Shown here piece after piece: positions 32,792 through 35,893 of a stretch of 35,893 bases of DNA. The stretch is from Candidatus Sulfotelmatobacter sp. GTDB taxonomy: Bacteria; Acidobacteriota; Terriglobia; Terriglobales; Acidobacteriaceae. The translations under genes and the position numbers were made by a program. The stretch spans positions 1 to 35,893 of the forward strand of contig JBEKWZ010000001.1 of assembly GCA_049512555.1 (NCBI GenBank). The letters are read 5' to 3'. Positions within the stretch are counted from its first letter, which is position 1, and each line of letters starts with the position of its first letter. The notes beneath the pieces were generated by a model that was not told the DNA's origin, searched no databases, and saw nothing but the letters and a program-made list of their open reading frames with translations.

Positions 32792-33535
32792 TTAGCGGCT
32801 TCGAACAGCAGGTGCCCCGTTCATGCGGAAGTCGATGTAGAGAGGCGAAATTTTTATGTGTTGGTTCGTTCGATATTTCGGATATTTGGCCATCTGAAGC
32901 ATTGAGAGAATCGCCCCTGGATTCCCTTCGCTAAACTCAAGCACTTTCCCGAGGAATTCCTTCATATTGGAAGCTGCCAATCCAGCCCGTTCCACTATTT
33001 CGTTGGAGAACTGCTGTGCAGTGGCTGAGTCGAAGTTCTTCACTTCGCACCTGTCATGCCGATCCGAATACAACGGTTGCAGAAATCCGGTGTCTTCCAT
33101 GTGGTGTGAACGAGCAACCGCGATGACAGGAGTGGAGCACCATCCCATGACCTCGCGAACGGCCGCGGCAAAGGTTTGCGATGGACGATCTAGGTGATCC
33201 AGCACAATCGAGTAGCCACCTTCCCGCAGGGCATCCATCACAACGCCCTTGAGCGAAACGGCAGATTTTGCCTGGACGCCGTCTAGGGTGTGGCAAGCTC
33301 GTCGGACGCGCGGATTGCCGCGCTCCAACAGAGCTTGCGCCACGCTGCGAAAAACCACTTGAGTGCTGGCTGACCTCGGGCAATAGAGAACCGCGGGCAT
33401 CTTCTCCAACACGCTACAAAGAATGAGCGTCTTACCCACTCCAGTTGGCCCATGCAACAGAAAAGACTTGTTTCTCGCAAGACGCTGTGCAAGCGCCTTC
33501 GACTCTTCCGTACGGTTGAAAATGAAGTTCTCCAT
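32792..33535 (-). CDS. Small AAA+/ORC-Cdc6-like P-loop ATPase
   Basis: Walker A LLHGPTGVGKT, Walker B-like YSIVLDHLD, and a lid-like helical C-terminus with FSEGNPGAILSML (compare the GNP motif of ORC/STAND-type lids). 247 aa with no other domain. Confidence 0.75.
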   Translation of the reverse strand: MENFIFNRTEESKALAQRLARNKSFLLHGPTGVGKTLILCSVLEKMPAVLYCPRSASTQVVFRSVAQALLERGNPRVRRACHTLDGVQAKSAVSLKGVVMDALREGGYSIVLDHLDRPSQTFAAAVREVMGWCSTPVIAVARSHHMEDTGFLQPLYSDRHDRCEVKNFDSATAQQFSNEIVERAGLAASNMKEFLGKVLEFSEGNPGAILSMLQMAKYPKYRTNQHIKISPLYIDFRMNGAPAVRSR

Positions 33536-33557
33536 CGCTCAAGTCGCCAGATCAAAC

Positions 33558-33596
33558 GGCGCGGCGATCGCGCATATTCCGCAATATCGCCGCGCC
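33558..33596 (-). terminator. GC-rich hairpin between the Usp gene and the AAA+ ATPase gene
   Basis: Perfect 11-bp inverted repeat GGCGCGGCGAT (33558-33568) / ATCGCCGCGCC (33586-33596) with a 17-nt loop. On the minus strand it is followed by GTTTGATCT. It lies 163 nt after the Usp stop and 23 nt before the ATPase ATG. Confidence 0.5.
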
Positions 33597-33758
33597 GGCC
33601 CCCTCAATGTGTTGCCAGCTCGTCCAGCCCATTTGGCGTGAGCAGCCCGGGTATACTCAAGTGACATCGGCCATCTTTGCGTAATCATAATTGCGGTGCG
33701 GTTCCGAAATAATCGCAAATCTTCACAAGCTTCATTAACACTGGCAACGGCGGCCTAT

Positions 33759-34199
33759 TCAGTGCACGACCATCACGGGGCAATGGGCATACCTCAAAAC
33801 GCGCTCCGAGACCGAACCTAACATCATTCGGGAGATCATTGATCGTCCGCGCCGTCCCACGATAATCAGGTCAATGCCGTCCGCCTCGGCCCGATGGATG
33901 ATCTGCTCGCCGGGATGCCCTACTGCCATGTCGGTCTTTACATCCAGGTCATGGGCTCGCGCCTTTTCAAGGATCTTCTTGAATCCTTCTTGATAGTGCT
34001 CCTTCGCATCGTCCAGCACAGCCTCCAGTTCAACCGATGTTGGAGGCTCCGGGGGGCGGGCAACCGCGAAGACCAGGACGGTCGAATCGATGCAATCGGC
34101 AAGGGACAGTGCGACCTCCACAGCCTTCTCCGACTGCGGAGATCCGTCATATCCCACCAACAAATGTCGAAAATGCGCATTCTGTCTTTTACCAGTCAT
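33759..34199 (-). CDS. Universal stress protein (UspA family)
   Basis: LLVGYDGSPQSEKAVEVAL..., IIVGRRGRSMISRMMLGSVSERVLRYAHCPVMVVH (ATP-binding G-2x-G-9x-GS motif). Its ATG overlaps the TGA of the antiporter gene (ATGA). Confidence 0.92.
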   Translation of the reverse strand: MTGKRQNAHFRHLLVGYDGSPQSEKAVEVALSLADCIDSTVLVFAVARPPEPPTSVELEAVLDDAKEHYQEGFKKILEKARAHDLDVKTDMAVGHPGEQIIHRAEADGIDLIIVGRRGRSMISRMMLGSVSERVLRYAHCPVMVVH

Positions 34200-35410
34200 G
34201 GAGTTTCTCCCTCAGCGCTTAGGGTGACTGCATGGGAAATCGTAGTGTCTTCTTTTTTGGACTTCGACAGCAGGTGCCTGGGCATAAACCAGGCATTGGC
34301 GATCATGGTAGGAATCACTGCACTGCCAATCACGGTGGCCACCAAATGCGAATACTGCGCTTGATCAATAATGCCGTGGTTCAAGCCAAAAAGCGCAGAA
34401 ATAGTTCCAAAGGTGAGGCCGGTGGACATCATCAATGTGAAGTACAAACCTTCCTCACGCTGATAGTTGAATGCTTTTACTGTGGGGAACAGTCCGACCA
34501 TCTTGGAGATCATCTTCGCAAAAAACAGCGCCACGAACACTAGCGGAGCGGCCCTCAGGGCTGGCACCGAAACAAACGATCCGGCCCGGATGAAATAGAA
34601 CGGTGTCAGCAGACCGAACGTGAGGGTACGGAGTCGCCGGATCAAAACGTGGTCTTTGCCAACCGTTCCCGCCAACACCATTCCTATGATGTATGCGGGC
34701 AAGACTGCTTCGCTGCCGGACCACACCGCCAATCCACCCATTGCGAACAGGACGAATAGCAGGTATTTGGCTTCAAGCTCGGAAACCCGCCCTCCATAAA
34801 ACTTGAAGAACCACGGAGTGAGGAACGGTAAAACCGAGAAGATGGCTACGCTTGCGACCACGAAGATCAAAGTTCTAACGGTGAACGGGGAGAAGATGAG
34901 GCCGAGCGCGATTACAGTTCCCAGGTCGTTTATAAAGCAGGCGGCCAGAATGGCCTTGCCAAAGTCTGTGACGTTGAAACCGAGTTCCAACATCACCGCG
35001 TAAACCACAGCCACTGACGTTGTCGACAGAGCAACGCCGGCCAGCCAACTCGATCGGGTTGTCCAATGCAGCACGTAATGGGCGACAGCCGTGCAGCCCA
35101 GGAACGGGCCCACGAACCCCACCAGGCCGATAACCGTTGACTCTTTCCACTTGGTTCGGAATATCTTGGGATCGAGTTCAGCGCCAGCCAAGAACGTGAG
35201 CACGATTGCCCCGGTTCCGGCGAGGAAACTGATCCATTCACTCTTGGCGGCGAGACCGCCCTGCACGATGAAAGCGCCAAAGATGAGCTGGGCAACCGTG
35301 CCCACAACAATCTCTGTGAGCGCTGTAGAAATCTTGAACCAAATGGCGAGAAGAGTCGCCACCAGGGCCAAGCCGACCCACAGAGAAGCAAGAACCCAGA
35401 CGTTCTGCAT
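34196..35410 (-). CDS. Cation:proton antiporter (CPA2/Kef-NapA type, no RCK domain)
   Basis: The ATG at 35410 follows GAGG with 7-nt spacing. There are about 12 TM helices. The N-terminus LALVATLLAIWFKISTALTEIVVGTVAQ and the AGAELD motif are typical of Na+/H+ exchanger family proteins. Confidence 0.88.
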   Translation of the reverse strand: MQNVWVLASLWVGLALVATLLAIWFKISTALTEIVVGTVAQLIFGAFIVQGGLAAKSEWISFLAGTGAIVLTFLAGAELDPKIFRTKWKESTVIGLVGFVGPFLGCTAVAHYVLHWTTRSSWLAGVALSTTSVAVVYAVMLELGFNVTDFGKAILAACFINDLGTVIALGLIFSPFTVRTLIFVVASVAIFSVLPFLTPWFFKFYGGRVSELEAKYLLFVLFAMGGLAVWSGSEAVLPAYIIGMVLAGTVGKDHVLIRRLRTLTFGLLTPFYFIRAGSFVSVPALRAAPLVFVALFFAKMISKMVGLFPTVKAFNYQREEGLYFTLMMSTGLTFGTISALFGLNHGIIDQAQYSHLVATVIGSAVIPTMIANAWFMPRHLLSKSKKEDTTISHAVTLSAEGETP

Positions 35411-35626
35411 AGCACACCTCGACTTCTGAAGTTTGCAGCGGATTCTTGCCGGTACCATGACTCCGCGACAAGGCCCGCTTGTCAGGAGTCATCAGCTGTT
35501 CCCGGCTCAAAGATAGGACAGCGGTTGGCGGTGAACTCCTTCACCGTTTACTGCTCAATACCTATGATGCTTTCCGAACACCGCTAGAGTCAAGCGCTTA
35601 GAAGTCGTTCGAACACAATTGGAAAT

Positions 35627-35672
35627 TGGCGGGAGCGACGGGACTCGAACCCGCGGCCTGCGGCGGGACAGG
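35627..35672 (-). other. tRNA 3'-half-like fragment (T-arm + acceptor 3' strand + CCA), possible att-site remnant
   Basis: The minus strand reads CCTGTCCCGCCGCAGGCC-GCGGG-TTCGAGT-CCCGT-CGCTCCC-G-CCA. That is a canonical T stem-loop, a 7-nt acceptor strand, discriminator G and CCA. The complementary 5' acceptor strand (GGGAGCG) and the D and anticodon arms are absent from the following ~260 nt up to the window edge. Confidence 0.55.
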
Positions 35673-35893
35673 CAATGGCAGTGGAGCACAAAAGCGGAGC
35701 ACAATAACTGCCGAATGAGAGCCCTTGAGCCCGACTTGGAGTTCACGGGCTGATCTTCCGTCATGTCTAGTAAATAACTTGTGTTTCTAGTAAACTAGCG
35801 GTTTTCCTTTTGGGGACGCCGGCTGAGAAACCGTGGGCTGATTCTCGCGTGCAGACATGCAACGGGAGCCTCGCCCAAGTCTTTTCAGCGCCA

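Noticed and set aside
35555-35764. 69-aa minus-strand ORF
   Set aside because: It is translated across the tRNA-like fragment. It is Arg/Ser/Cys-rich with no RBS.
35627-35893. Intact tRNA, tRNA-Sec or tmRNA 3' end
   Set aside because: No GGGAGCG 5' acceptor strand, D-arm or anticodon arm occurs within the ~260 nt remaining in the window. The discriminator G and acceptor sequence do not fit the tRNA-Ala-like tmRNA end (G-U pair, discriminator A), and I saw no tag-peptide-like reading frame. An interrupted, intron-containing gene whose 5' half lies outside the window cannot be excluded.
1-35893. CRISPR arrays, IS elements, integrases, prophage genes
   Set aside because: I saw no regularly spaced repeats, transposase or integrase-like ORFs, or terminal inverted repeats. 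The only repeats found are the 15-bp tandem duplication, the short motifs listed above and the paralogous gene segments.

Overview
GC-rich bacterial chromosomal segment. The gene content suggests an Acidobacteriota-like soil bacterium: an SBBP-type beta-propeller exoprotein, several orphan CheY-like receivers, Crp paralogues ending in LLNVVLHD, many tiny Cys-rich ORFs and a GH51 enzyme. That taxonomic call is inference only. All coordinates and translations outside the ORF track were worked out by hand, and no database search was possible. Left to right: (i) 1-1911 is the 3' end of a membrane-bound uptake [NiFe]-hydrogenase operon (large-subunit C-terminus, b-type cytochrome, maturation endopeptidase). 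(ii) 2289-6664, minus strand, is a probable four-gene operon with no catalytic-subunit gene: tetrahaem cytochrome c, Tat-exported 4x[4Fe-4S] protein, NrfD-type membrane subunit and a DUF2339-like polytopic membrane protein. (iii) 6.9-9.7 kb holds a run of very small ORFs, four of them zinc-ribbon-like, plus a GlsB/YeaQ-type stress protein. (iv) 9931-12723 encodes a 930-aa secreted SBBP beta-propeller repeat protein. (v) 13.3-16.2 kb is a kinase-less regulatory cluster: a Crp/Fnr regulator, an unassigned ~60-aa helical protein, a receiver with Glu at the phospho-acceptor position, and a second receiver. (vi) 16.3-18.1 kb holds a monohaem cytochrome c and a rearrangement scar, where a 5'-truncated outer-membrane beta-barrel gene abuts head-to-head a multihaem cytochrome fragment. 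(vii) 18.2-27.9 kb holds a secreted beta-propeller protein, a DHA2 MFS exporter, a ~90-bp relic of a second Crp gene, a paralogue of the ~60-aa helical protein, an NRAMP-family transporter with non-canonical metal-site motifs, CsbD, an AI-2E transporter, a third receiver and a GH51 arabinofuranosidase. (viii) 28.3-33.5 kb, minus strand, is the most system-like candidate: a dynamin-like GTPase / DUF190 (PII-like) / dynamin-like GTPase operon preceded by a small ORC/Cdc6-like AAA+ ATPase. (ix) The right end holds overlapping Usp and CPA2 antiporter genes and a 46-nt tRNA 3'-half-like fragment at 35627-35672. I recognised no CRISPR array, rRNA, intact tRNA, transposase or integrase.
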